A stretch of 56,676 nucleotides of DNA from Chiloscyllium plagiosum. Taxonomy: Eukaryota. The position numbers were made by a program, and so were the translations under genes. This document shows positions 24,338 to 36,526 of this stretch, one piece after another; position 1 is the first letter of the stretch, and each line of letters starts with the position of its first letter. The DNA is taken from NCBI RefSeq assembly GCF_004010195.1, contig NC_057749.1:21965998-22022673 (forward strand). Direction: 5' to 3'. Under the pieces are notes generated by a model. That model worked only from the letters and a program-made list of their open reading frames with translations, did not search any database and was not told the origin of the DNA.

Positions 24338-24500
24338 AAAATGTGTTGCTGGAAAAGCGCAGCAGGTCAGGCAGCATCCAAGGAGCAGGATGCCCAAAAC
24401 GTCGATTCTCCCGTTCCCTGGATGCTGCCTGACCTGCTGCGCTTTTCCAGCAACACATTATCAGCTCTGATCTCCAGCATCTGCAGTCCTCACTTTCTCC
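24338..24500. mobile_element. Penelope-derived inverted-repeat element
   Basis: Arm AATGTGTTGCTGGAAAAGCGCAGCAGGTCAGGCAGCATCCA and its reverse complement; flanking duplication CTCC(A/G)TTATGAAGACTG. Confidence 0.85.
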
Positions 24501-24691
24501 TCCGTTATGAAGACTGTAACATCGCTGTATCTCACCCCTCTGCTGCTGAAACCCTCACCCGTGTCATTTGGATTGGGGCAGGAAATGTTGAGAGGAATAG
24601 GCTCCTAATGCTCATGGGACTAGTTCAGTTCAGGATACCTGGTCAGCATTGACTGAAGGGTCTGGTTCCATGCTCTACGTCTTTCTTCCCA

Positions 24692-24881
24692 GTGTAGTGA
24701 TTGGAATGCAGTCAGTCAGGTGGACCTCATACAATATGAGTTCCCTGATTGAGCCTGGTCTGATCAGGGAGCCCTGGCTGACAGATATAAACAAGGCTGT
24801 GAGGAAGCCAGACCTCTTTGATGCATGTGTAAATAAAAGCTGACTTGGTGACAGAATACCGGCCTATGTGGAGTTATTTCA
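24692..24881 (+). mobile_element. LTR-like interspersed repeat
   Basis: GAGTTCCCTGATT...CAGGGAGCCCTGGCTGAC, TATA-like GATATAAA, AATAAA, ends TTATTTCA; homologous pieces at 49183-49268 and 56080-56270. Confidence 0.6.
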
Positions 24882-25807
24882 TTAACCATGATGGCTATTG
24901 AACCAGTTGCATTTGGGAGAGACTGGTTTATACTTCGAGGGGGAGTGTAATGCAATATCATGCACTCTTGGAAGGAAGAGAATCTCAGAATCGAGAAATA
25001 TCCTGGTTAGGTTGTTTTTGGTTAAAAATCCAACTAGTGCAATCTTCAATGAATAAAGATGCAGGCACATAGGAGCAGGAGTAGGTCATTTAGATATCTG
25101 AGACTGCACCGACGTTAACACATATCATGGGCTCATAGCATTTTCACTCAATATCCTCATACTCATGATGCTAACAAAGCTAAACTTACCTCAAAAGGCA
25201 CCAAATTCATCATTTTATAAATCATATTTTTTAGTGTAAGAAGGTGACAAGAAGGATTTATATATCATGACTATTAAAAAAAAACACATTTCCAAAGGTG
25301 CTTTAATGATCATATTTGACTCTGGGTCACAGAAGGAGATATTGACCAGATTTTCCAACTGGACGCTTGCCATTGCTGAAGCATAGACTGGAGTTCCTCA
25401 TCGCAATTGGATGGTATTCCCACCAGTACCGACTCCTGGGGAACTGCCCAAGAAGTTGAAATTATCTTGGGGTGTTTATCTGGTGTTTGGAATCCTCTGA
25501 AAATTTCCCCTACTCTGAGTTAGAACTGGGGGGCTTTGGAGGGTTCCGAGTGACTGTAGACTAATGGTCACCCAGGGGAGGTTAGGGGACTACCACCAGC
25601 TCCAACCCCTGGGAAACAGTTAAACTCAAACCTACCATGGATTCCCTCCCTCAACTAATCCTTTGAACCCCTGAGACTGGAACTCCTCCATATTGATTCC
25701 AACCACATGAGCCACATGAACAAAGCAGCCTCTCTAACACCTTGAGAACCCCACTCCCCTCATCCAATGAATTAGTACTGCTCCATGTTAAACACCAATT
25801 GGAATAC

Positions 25808-26262
25808 ACAAAGGTCATTGACTTCAGGAAGTGGAGTGGAGGGCATGCCCCTATCTGTATCAATGGGGCTGAGGTGGAGAGCTTCAAGTTCCTCGGAGTA
25901 ATTATCACAACAACCTGTCCTGGTCCACAATGACTCTTAACAATTGTTGTAGATGCACCACAGAAAGCATCCTATTGGGATGCAACAGCTTGGTTTGGTG
26001 ACTACTCTGCCCAGGACCATAAGAAATTACAGAGAGTTGTGAACACAGCTCAGTCCCTCACACAAGCCAACCTTCCATCCATTGACTCCATCTACATTTC
26101 CCACTGCCTCAGGAAGGCAGCCAACATCATCAAAGACCCCTCCCACCCCGGTTATAATCTCTTCCAACCTCTTCCATCAGGCTGAAGATACGAAAGCTTG
26201 AAAACAGGTACCAACAAACAGCTTTTTCCCCTCTGCTTTCAGACTTATAAATGGACCTCTTA
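25808..26262 (+). mobile_element. Rex1/Babar-type LINE 3' fragment
   Basis: VIDFRK..HAPICINGAEVESFKFLGVII, then ESIL.GC..W.G...QD.KKLQRVV; homologous to 40906-41708. Confidence 0.8.
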
Positions 26263-26263
26263 T

Positions 26264-26400
26264 CTTAGAATCCCTACAGTGTGGAAGTAGACCATTCAGC
26301 CCATCCAGTCCACACCGACTCGCTGAAGAGCATCTCAACCAGACCCAATCCCCTGCCCTATCCTTATAACCCTGCATTTCCCATGGCCTAACCTGCATTC
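26264..26400 (-). mobile_element. HE1 SINE 3' part
   Basis: TAGAATCCCTACAGTGTGGAA tail. Confidence 0.8.
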
Positions 26401-27954
26401 CCTGTTCTAGATGATTAGTTTGAGAAACTTGCCCACCGTTGACATTAAACTGATCGGGTTATAGCTGCAATTCTCCTTACATTCTTTTGCGATTATCTGG
26501 TCCTGACAACAATTTCTGTATCCAAGGAGGGTTATACGACAATGACCTGTGCTTCTATAATTTTCAACATTACATAGTCATGCAGTTAATTCAGATGCAT
26601 CTCACCCAATCCTGGAAAAGTGTTAATATTAAGCACAGTCAGCCTTTCCAATTGTTTCTCTCTGTCAGATTTTTTTAGTGTCTCAACCTCTTCCACTCTC
26701 ACTGTATCAATAACAGTTTCAGTCCTGCTTAAAAACAAATGCAGAGTACTCATTCTGTACCTCAGTTTCTTCCTTGCTAAAGACAGAGGCAAAGCATTGT
26801 TATGATCTCAACTAATGTCACTACTGGAATATTTTATCTTGTATCAGGATAGAGCACTGAATGGTTAGCAAGTATACTCTGATTGTTAGAGGCATTGTCA
26901 AGGAGCATGCACCAGCCAGGTGATGACTGACAGTTAACTGCCAAGCTTTGTCTAAACTTAAATCAGGCAGGTTGACACTGATTAATCAAGGCATTGCCCT
27001 GGAGAATGAACCAGAGATTAGCTGTCAGCTGTTTTCTTGAGCTTGAACAGGTGCAATGTGTGTAGATGTTCTTTCCATCAGCAAAGAACAGCCTGATGCC
27101 TTAACAAACCCAGATTCTGCGCCATGCTAGCACATTACGTTGTGGGCTCGACTGACAATCCTAAACTGGTTACTCGGCATTATTTAGCTAATGGTGTCCA
27201 ATTGAGGAATCACGTTTAACTCTTGACACTGTGATTTGAGTCCGGTAAGTGCAGGCTGGTTAAGGGCCATCAGTACCTTACCTGTTGCTAAGAGCCAAAT
27301 GCACATATTGATATGATTCACTAGTATCCAGACACCCAGCCTACATACCAAGCATCATACTGACACTGACACTATCTTACCACACTACTCCATTGAGCAG
27401 AAGGCAGGACATTTAATTTTTAGCTCTCGCTTAGTTTCCTCTTCTGCAAAGGAAACAGCTTCTATTTCTTGTATCCATTTCCATAAGTAAAATTCTTGAT
27501 TTCCACAACTATTCCTTTTTTTTTAATTTTTACACTCTTTCCAATGGCCTCACATGCTTCCTAAAGTGATGCAATACTTTGGCTGAGGGTGAACCAGTAT
27601 TTTATAAGAGTTTAACATAACCTCCTTACACTCTATACTGCTATTGATAATGCTGAGGATACCACATAGTTTATTCATTGTCCTCTCAACTTGTCCTGCT
27701 ACCTCCAATGTGTAAGCACAGTATGTCCAGGTCCCCCTGTTCTTGTGCCCTTCTTCGAGTTGTACTCGTTATTTTGTATTGTCTCTCCATGTCCTTCCAA
27801 TCAAAAAGTATTGCCTTACCTTTCTCTTCGTCTGCCACATATAAGATCTCTCCCAAACACGTCTCCCTGTTCCCCTCCTAGAACCCCATCTCGTCGACCA
27901 CGTCTTTGGTCATCTGCCCAAAGCTTTTTCTAGGACTTGGTTGTAACTTCTTTT

Positions 27955-28114
27955 TGATTAGATTCCCTACAGTGTGGAAACAGGCTGTTCAGCCCAACCA
28001 GCCCACACCGACCCTCCGAAGAGTAACCCACCTAGACTCATTTCTCTCTGACTAATGCACCAAACACTATGGGCAATTTAGTACGGCCAATTCACCTGAC
28101 CTGCACATCTTTTG
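27955..28114 (-). mobile_element. HE1 SINE 3' half
   Basis: GATTAGATTCCCTACAGTGTGGAAACAGG...GACCTGCACATCTTT. Confidence 0.88.
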
Positions 28115-28538
28115 GTAATCCTCATCTGAAGCATCATGCAACCCTTTAAAGAAATATTAAGATATGAGAAGTGATATAAATGCAAATTGTTGTTGTTGTT
28201 TTAGAACTTTGATACAACAATGATAAAGGGTGACTTAGGGGGAAACGTGCATGTGCCCTCTGCCTATATTCTGTTGGCTGGTGGAAGACATGGATTCGGA
28301 AGATGTTGTCGATAGAGCGTCTGCGGTACATCCTGTTGGTGGGGCGCGCTGCTGCCTTGGTGTTGGTGTTGGGGTGAGTGAAGGTGGTGGATTGGGTGCT
28401 GAGGGAATGAGGGTGCTCGAGTGTGGCTGGGGATTCCATTCCATTACCCTCCTGACTTGTGGCTTGTAGATAGTGGACTGTCCTTGTGCAAAGAAGTGTT
28501 TTTTAACATCTCTCATGAATGGCTTGCTTCTGATCTTA

Positions 28539-29302
28539 ATCATGGAATCCCCACATTGTGAGAGCAGGCCATTCGGCCCAGTGAGTCCGTGCCATCTTTC
28601 TGAAGAGCATCCCGCCCAGACTCCTGCTTAATCGCTGTACCTCCACACCTACCATGACCAATCCACCTAACCTACACATCTTTGGACACTAAGGGCAATT
28701 TAGCCTGGTTAACCCAACCAAGACATCGAGGAGCCGGTGTTGGACAGGGGGTGGACAAAGTTAAAAATCACACAACACCAGGTTTATTTGGAAACAGTAG
28801 TTTTAATCACCTAATGAAGGAGCTGCGCTCCAAAAGCTAGTGCTTCCAAATAAACCTGTTGGGCTATAGCCTGATGTTGTGTGATTTTTAACTTAACTCA
28901 GTCTAACCTGCGCATCTTCGGACTGTGGGAGGAAACCAGAGCACCCAGAGGGAACCTAGGCAGACATGGGAAGAACTCCACACAGACAGCCACCTGAGGG
29001 TGGAACCAAACCCAGGTTCCTAGCGCTGTACAGTAGTTTTAATCACCTAATGAAGGAGCTGCGCTCCAAAAGCTAGTGCTTCCAAATAAACCTGTTGGGC
29101 TATAGCCTGGTGTTGTGTGATTTTTAACTTAACTCAGTCTAACCTGCGCATCTTCAGACTGTGGGAGGAAACCAGATCACCCAGAGGGAACCTAGGCAGA
29201 CATGGGAAGAACTCCACACAGACAGTCACCTGAGGGTGGAACCAAACCCAGGTTCCTAGCGCTGTGAGGCAGCAGTGCCAACCACTGAGCCACTGTGCAG
29301 CC
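28539..29302 (-). mobile_element. HE1 SINE interrupted by a Penelope-derived element, with a 236-bp tandem duplication
   Basis: SINE tail at 28539, insert from ~28720, duplicated units 28794-29029 and 29030-29265, SINE head ending ~29302. Confidence 0.9.
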
Positions 29303-30371
29303 AAGACCTTAAGGGCACATCCAGCAAAAAAGAAACTTCAGTCTACTTAGTCAGTCACTTCCTTTTAAAACCCTAAAAATTGCAATAAAATCACTCTTTC
29401 TATATTCTGGTTTATACAAGTGTAGTTTATGCAATCTCACCTCACAACCTTAGTACTGGAGAAGAAGTGATCGAGTGTGGGAGTTAAATGTTTCAGGGAG
29501 TGAAGGCAAGGAAGGGAATGATGGGTTTTGTTGCTTTTCTTAAACTTCATCAGCCTCAGGATTCGATTCTTACCCTGCTACAGCTGATGAGTCAATGGTA
29601 AGTGACTTCGGTGTATTCTTTTATATATAGCGAGCTATATATAATAAAATATATAAAAACAGAATATAATACTGAATAAATAAAGCAGTTCTTTCGAACA
29701 CATTTAGGATTGCAGGACAGATGACCAACACATCTAATTTTTTTCTCATGCTCTCTATGTGCAGCAGGGACTTGTGAAACCGTAAGTCAATGCTGGGAAC
29801 AGAAGGATCAATGTGCGTGCTACTACACAGCTTAGAGAGACTATAGCAGGAGCTGGGTCAGCACTGCAACACCGGGGAAATCCTGGATTCCAGCTGGGAG
29901 TGGAGCTGCCATACCTGTGCCAAGGGCTTGAAGCTTGAGCAGCCTCAGCTCTGAGTGAATAAGCTGGAAGCTGAACGTCAGGCACTGCCAAGCATCAAGG
30001 AGAGTGAGAGGCGTCTGGACTATTTGTAACTTGAGGCAGTCACACCTTTGAGGAGTTCGCTTGTCTGATTTGATCAGTGCTCAGGGAGGGAGCAGACGGG
30101 TGTGAGGGAGGAAGGTAAAGGGACCCAGAAGATAGGAGCCTCATTCTTCGCACTTGTCCACCGAGTCCTTTCAGCTTGTCTGGGTAAAAGTGAAAGCTGC
30201 AGGGTGGATGGGATAACTGACAGTGGCACTGTGGTACAGGGTGCCACTCAAGAGGAGGGAGGGAGAAGCAACGTAAAGGCAGTGGGGGATCGGTACAATG
30301 TGGGGAATTGACACAGCTCTGTGCAGCAAACAGCATCAACCCAGCGTCAAGGATCAGAATTGGAAAGGAAC

Positions 30372-30671
30372 TTCATTGAGTCCCAACAGTGTGGAAAAAG
30401 GCCATTCAGCCCATTGAATCAGCCGTCTGAAGACCATCCCACCCAATTTCCGCATATACCACGGCTAAAGCACCTAGGCAACTCAGCATGGCCAACCCAG
30501 CTCGCTTGCACATCCTTGGAGTGTGGAAGGAAACCAGGGCACCCGGAGGAAACCCACCCAGGCACAGGGAGAACGTACAAACTCCACACAGACAGTCGCC
30601 CAAGTCTGGAACTAAACCCAGGCCCAGAGCGCTGAGGCAGCAGTGCTAACCACTGAGCCACCATAGCACCC
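30372..30671 (-). mobile_element. HE1-type V-SINE
   Basis: Full head, V-domain and tail on minus strand. Confidence 0.9.
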
Positions 30672-30756
30672 TTCCAGTGGGAACAGGAGAATCCAATGGT
30701 CATGGTCCATGGATGTACCAATGAAACAAAGAAGGAAGTTGCACATTATTGCTGTA

Positions 30757-30922
30757 GTTAAAATCACACGACACCAGGTTATAGTCCAACAGGCTTATGT
30801 GGAAGTGCATGCTACCTGATGAAGGAGCAGCGCTCCAAAAGCTAGGGCTTCCAAATAAACCTAGTGTTGTGCGATTTTTTAAATTTGCCCACCCCAGTCC
30901 AAAAGCAGCACCTCCTCATCAT
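30757..30922. mobile_element. Penelope-derived element with decayed hammerhead motif
   Basis: CTGATGAAGGAGCAGCGCTCCAAAAGCTAG between inverted AAAATCACAC(G)ACAC / GTGTTGTGCGATTTT arms. Confidence 0.8.
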
Positions 30923-31008
30923 TATTGTGATAAGAAGCTAAGACCAAATTCAGAAGCAGAACCCCTTTGGGGTCCTTTTCTCTGCAGAATTACCTAAGCT
31001 ATATGGAA

Positions 31009-31133
31009 CAGGAGAATCGCCGTTTCGGGCATGAGCCCTTCTTCATGCTCCTTGGATGCCGCCTGACCTGCTGCGCTTTTCCAGCAACACATTTTTCAGC
31101 TCTGATCTCCAGCATCTGCAGTCCTCACTTTCT
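31009..31133. mobile_element. Penelope-derived short element
   Basis: Flanked by exact 16-bp duplication CCTAAGCTATATGGAA (30993-31008, 31134-31149). Confidence 0.85.
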
Positions 31134-31276
31134 CCTAAGCTATATGGAAATCAGGATAGAGAGATGAACATGTTGCGCAGACACTGGTGTGGGAGAAGTG
31201 TGTTTCAGTTCATGGGCCACTCTTCTACCGAACTCTGAACTTTGCTTGCCCACCGCAGCACTCAGGGAGTAGAGAA

Positions 31277-31605
31277 TTAGAATTAGATTCCCTACAGTGT
31301 GGAAACAGGCCATTCAACCCAACAAGTCCACACCGACCCTCTGAAGAGTTACCCACCCAGATCCATTCCCCTACCTATACTTACTCCTGACTAATGCCCC
31401 TAACCTACACATCCCTGAATATTTTGGACAATTTAGCACAGCCAATTCACCTGACCTGCACATCTTTGGACTGTGGGAGGAAACCGGAGCACCCGGAGGA
31501 AACCCACGCAGACACGGGGAGAATGTGCAAACTCCACACAGTCAGTCACCCGAGGCTGGAATCAAACCCTGGTCCCTGGTGCTGTCTACTGAGCCACTGT
31601 GCCAC
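31277..31605 (-). mobile_element. HE1-type V-SINE
   Basis: ATTAGATTCCCTACAGTGTGG tail through head. Confidence 0.92.
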
Positions 31606-32661
31606 TTGGAATTAAATAGTGAGGGCAAGGGATCAAATTTGGGAAGATGTGGTAGATCAAAGAATAGAGTGAAGGACATCGAGAATGGTATTAATACAGG
31701 AAATGATAGAAAGACTGTGACTCAGACAGTGGTGGAGGCCAAACCATCGCATGTTCAAGAAGAAATTAGTTAAAGTTAGATCATTGAACAGTACGGCACA
31801 GAAATAGACTCTCCAACCCGCAATATCGTGCTGAACATGATGCCAAGATAAACAGATCCCTTCTGCCTGCCCATGGTCCATACATATTCATGTGCTTACC
31901 TAAAAGCCCCTTAAACACCCCTGTCATTCTCAGAGATAAAGGGATAAAATGGTTTGGCAGGAGGTGGGTTGGAAGTGGGGGGTGGTGTTGGCAGCTGGAG
32001 GAAGCAGGAACAGGGGACAGAGTTGGATGATCAGCCATGATCATATTGAATGGCAGAACAGGTTCAAAGGGCTGAATGGCCTGCTCCTGCTCCTTTTTAA
32101 ATGATTTTATGCTTCAATGACAGGCAGGGATACAGAATACAAGGCAATCAATGGATAAGATTAAAATTTTTAAAGAAACTAAACGGATAAAATTAAATAC
32201 TCTATTTCTAAATGCACAGAGCTTTTGAAATAAAGCAAATTAACTGTTAGAAATGAATACGTCTGCCCTTGTAGCCATTACAGAGACATGGCTGCAGGAT
32301 AACATGAATTAAGACCTGAGATTTGAAGAGTACAAGGCATTTATGAATATCAGGAGATTGGTTTAGTTTGGGATTATAGTCGGCATGGACTGGTTGGACT
32401 GGAAGGTCTATTTCTGTGCTGTATGACTCTATGACTCTATGACTTGGAAAAGGTGGAGGGGTGGCTCTGTTCATTACTGAGTGCAAGAGAGAAGGATGAA
32501 GGACGTTCAGGAAAGCAAGATGTGGAATCAGTTTGGACAGAAAGAAGAACTTTTGGGCACAATACAGTAATTATATAGTTGGTTAGAACATGAAGAAATA
32601 ATATGATTATGTCAGAAAGGCACATCAATATAGGAGGGGATTTTAACCTGCCTGTCAAATA

Positions 32662-32863
32662 GAAACTGCTGAAAATGTGTTGCTGGAAAAGCGCAGCAGG
32701 TCAGGCAGCATCCAAGGAACAGGTGAATCGACGTTTCGGGCATAAGCCCTTCTTCAGGACTTATCGTCGATTCTCCTGTTCCTTGGATGCTGCCTGATCT
32801 GCTGCGCTTTTCCAGCAACACATTTTCAGCTCTGATCTCCAGCATCTGCAGTCCTCACTTTCT
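32662..32863. mobile_element. Penelope-derived hairpin element
   Basis: 66-nt inverted arms (32668-32733, 32765-32830; 2 mismatches); flanking duplication CCTGTCAAATA. Confidence 0.9.
32727..32760 (-). ncRNA. Minimal type I hammerhead ribozyme motif, intact core
   Basis: Minus strand GUC-CUGAAGA-A-GGGC UUAU GCCC-GAAAC-GUC-GAU: CUGANGA, 4-bp stem II, GAAA, palindromic ACGU and GUC cleavage triplet. Confidence 0.72.
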
Positions 32864-33726
32864 CCTGTCAAATACAAAACGTCATGTAGGCAAAAGGGAG
32901 TCTGGATGAAAAATTCATAAATGTTTTAGAATAGTTTTTTTTTAGAACAGTACTGTGTGGAGGCAACCAGAAAAGAGATTATACTAGACCTGGTATTGTG
33001 TAACAAGTTAGGATTAATTCATGATTTCAAAAGTAGCAGCGGCCGTAAGTTAAATGAATTTTACATTCAGTTTGAGGGAGCAAGAAATGAGACCAAAACT
33101 ATTTATTAATGTTTAAATAAAAGCAATCATGAGGACATTGAAGCTAAAATGAATTGACAGATACATTGAAGGATAGGTCAATAGACACTCAGTGGCAGTC
33201 ATTTAAGGAGAGATTCCAGAATATACAGAATAGATAGATGCCACTGAGTAAGGAAAGTCCTGAGGGACAACCCCACCATCCGTGGTAAAGCAGTAATGTT
33301 AAAGATAGCAACAAGATGATTTAAAAGTATGCAATTATGCAAATGTTGGTGGCAGCTCAGACGGTTCAATGGAAAATAGAAAACAGCAAAGCATGACCAA
33401 AAAAAAGAGAAAAATTAGAATATGAGAGAAAGTTAGCCAGAAATGTAAGAACAGATAGTAAGAGTTTTGACAAATAGTTAAAGAGTGAGAGAGTTAACAA
33501 AGTGAACTACAGAGAATGAGACTGGAGAATTAACAGTAGAAATTAAGGAAATGGGCAATGAATTGAATCGATTTTTTCCATGACTCCTCAGCATAGAGGA
33601 TTTAGGCAACATTTCAGAAGCAGCAATTCATCAGAAAATGGGAGAGAACTCAGAAAAATTACAATTACCAGGGAAATGGTAGAGTAACTTACTGGGACGG
33701 TGGCCTGACAAGTCACTGGGTCTTTA

Positions 33727-34039
33727 TAGAATCCCTACAATGTACAAACAGGTCATTTGGCCTAACAAGTCCACACCGACCCTTCGAAGAGTATCCCACC
33801 CAGGCCCGTTCCCCTTTACTCTACATTTACCCCGACTAACCTACACATCCCTGAACGCTATGGGCAATTGCCCAAGGTCAATTCACCTCACCTGCACATC
33901 TTTGGATAGTGGGAGGAAACCCACGCAGACACGGGGAGAATGTGCAAACTCCACACAATCAGTCCACTGAGGGTGGAATCGAACCAGGGTCCCTGGCTCT
34001 GTGAGGCAGCAGTGCTAACCACTGAGCCACCATGCTGCC
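33727..34039 (-). mobile_element. HE1-type V-SINE
   Basis: Tail to head on minus strand. Confidence 0.92.
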
Positions 34040-34132
34040 TCTATCAAGGGGTCTTGGTAAACTTTATTCTAGGATTTGAAAATAATTGGCTATTGAGATA
34101 GTTGTCGTACTGGCTTACATTTCCCAAATTTA

Positions 34133-34471
34133 AGGGCGGCACTGTGGCTCAGTGATTAGCACTGTTGCCTCAAAGTGCCAGGGACCTGGGTTCGATTCCA
34201 GTCTCAAGTGACTGTCTGTGTAGTGTTTGTACACTCTCCCTGTGTCTGTGTGAGTTTCCTCCAGGTGCTCTGGTTTCCTCCCACAGTCCAATGATGTGCA
34301 GGATAGGTGAACTGGTCATGCTAAATTGCCCGTAGTGTTCAGGGATGTGTAGGCTAGGTGCATTAGTCAGGGGTAAATATAGGGTAGGGGTATGGGTCTG
34401 GGTGGGTTACTCTTCGGAGGGTTGGTGTGGACTTGTTGGGCTGAAGGGCCTGTTTCCACACAATAGGGATT
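34133..34471 (+). mobile_element. HE1-type V-SINE, full length
   Basis: GGGCGGCACTGTGGCTCAGTG head through GTTTCCACACAATAGGGATT tail. Confidence 0.93.
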
Positions 34472-34964
34472 TTAATTCAGAGATGGTCCCATTGGATTGA
34501 CAAATATGATTCCTTTATTCAAAAAGGAAATTGCAGGCAGTTAACATTTGTTAACGGAAAAAAATATTAGAAGCTATTCTTAAAGAAGTTATAGCATGGA
34601 CGCTTGGATAAAATCAAGGTAATCAGGTCAAAACGTTTCACCAAAGAGTTGAAAGATTATGGGGGTTATGCAGAAGTGTAGAATTGAGGTTGAAACCAGA
34701 TCAGCCATGATCTTATTGAATGGGGGAGCAGGCTCGAGGGGCCTTCTCTTGTTTCTCATTCATATGTTTGTAAAATGGGAGACATATTTGACCCATCTAT
34801 GAGAATTCTTTGAAGCAGTAACATATGCTGCAGATGAAGGCAATTTGATGGATGGAATGTATTCAGATGCCCAGAAGGCTTTCGATAAAATACTTTGGCG
34901 AAGGCAGTTGTGGAAAATACATGTTCACAGTGTAGGAGGAACCATTTTGACATGGTTGGACATT

Positions 34965-35480
34965 GGTGAGGCCACTTTTGGGCATACAGTTCCGGTCACC
35001 CTTCTGCAGGAAGAATATTATTAAATTGGAAAGGGTGCAGAAAAGATTTCACAAAGATGTTGCCGGGGCTAGAGGGTTTTAATTACAAAGAGAAGCTGGA
35101 TATACTGGGATTTATTTCACTGGAGCATAGGAGGCTGAGGGGTGACCTTATACAGGATTATAAAATCATGAAGGTCATAGATAAAGTGATTAGCAAAGGT
35201 CTTTCTGTAGTGTAGGGGAGTTCAAAACTAGAGGGCATAGTTTAAAGTGAGAAAATAAAGATTCAAAGGGACCTGAGAGGCAACTTTTTCACACAGAGGG
35301 CTGAGTGCATATTGAATGAAGTACCAGAGGAAGTGATAGATAAAGGGACAGTTACAACATTTTTTAAAAAAAAATTGGACAAGTCCATGAATAAGAAAAG
35401 GCTTGAGGGATAACAGCTGAATGTAGGCAAGGTTAGTTTGGCCCCAAGGGTCTGTTTTTGTGCTGTCTGGCTCTGCGATA
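34965..35480 (+). mobile_element. CR1 3' fragment
   Basis: IIKLERVQK, RRLRGDLIQ.YKIM, LRGNFFTQR motifs. Confidence 0.88.
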
Positions 35481-35556
35481 GAAGATTGACTGGCTAACAG
35501 GAAGCAGAACTTAAGCATACATGCTTTTCCCCCCGGTTTGGCAAAATGATGAAGCT

Positions 35557-36116
35557 GAATACAACAGAGTCTTGTATAACACTCTGGTGCGGCCGCATCT
35601 GGAGTATTGTGTGCAGTTTTGGTCGCCATACTATAGGAAGGATGTGGAGGCACTGGAACGGGTGCAGAGGAGGTTTACCAGGATGTTGCCTGGTATGGTA
35701 GGAAGATCGTATGAGGAAAGACTGAGGCACTTGGGGCTGTTTTCATTGGAGAAAAGAAGGTTTAGGGGTGACTTGATAGAGGTGTACAAGATGATTAGGG
35801 GTTTAGATAGGGTTGACCATGAGAACCTTTTTCCACGTATGGAGTCAGCTATTACGAGGGGGCATAGCTTTAAATTAAGGGGGAGTAGGTATAGGACAGA
35901 TGTTAGGGGTAGGTTCTTTACTCAGCGAGTCGTGAGTTCATGGAATGCCCTGCCAGTAGCAGTGGTGGACTCTCCCTCTTTATGGGCATTTAAACGGGCA
36001 TTGGATAGGCATATGAAGGATAGTGGGCTAGTGTAGGTTAGGTGGGCTTGGATCGGCGCAACATCGAGGGCCAAAGGGTCTGTACTGCGCTGTATTTTTT
36101 CTATGTTCTATGTTCT
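35557..36116 (+). mobile_element. Young CR1 3' end with uninterrupted ORF2 C-terminus
   Basis: LYNTLVRPHLEYCVQFWSP...WNALP open to stop at 36036; CpGs retained; (TTCTATG)n tail. Confidence 0.95.
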
Positions 36117-36526
36117 AGGGATCAGTTCTGCAATTTCAACCGTCTACAATTTAGATCAATGTCTTTGACGAAGGGATGGAATGTATGATTGCCAAATTTG
36201 CTGGTGACACAAAGTTAAGTAGGAACTTAAGTTATGAAGAGAACAAGTGGAGGTTACAAAAGATATCAATAGATTGGGTAGGGATAAAGATTTGAATGGG
36301 TGAAGATTTGGCAAGTGGCGTAGGATGTGGGAAATTGTCCATTTTGGCAGAAGACATAAAAAAAAAGGAAACCCCTCTCGTCCCGGCAACATCTTTGTGA
36401 CTTTTTATTCAATCACAGGATGTGGAGGTCACTATCTGGCCCAGCATTACAGTTAATTACAGGGTTCTGAGATGCGGAGGGGTCTAGGTATCATCATGCA
36501 TGAATCCAGGTACAGTAAGATAAATT

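Noticed and set aside
29584..29612. CTGATGA-GTCA...TGAC looks like a hammerhead start
   Set aside because: The stem is followed by TTCG, not GAAA, so the core is incomplete. The overlapping ATG|GTAAGT donor-like site lies in the presumed 5' region of the old CR1 and has no supportable upstream exon.
29621..29644. TTATATATAGC-GA-GCTATATATAA hairpin
   Set aside because: Short and mostly TA dinucleotide; expected by chance in AT-rich DNA.
35521..36036. Intact 171-aa ORF as a host gene
   Set aside because: C-terminus of CR1 ORF2 in a 5'-truncated young copy; the ATG comes from flanking sequence.
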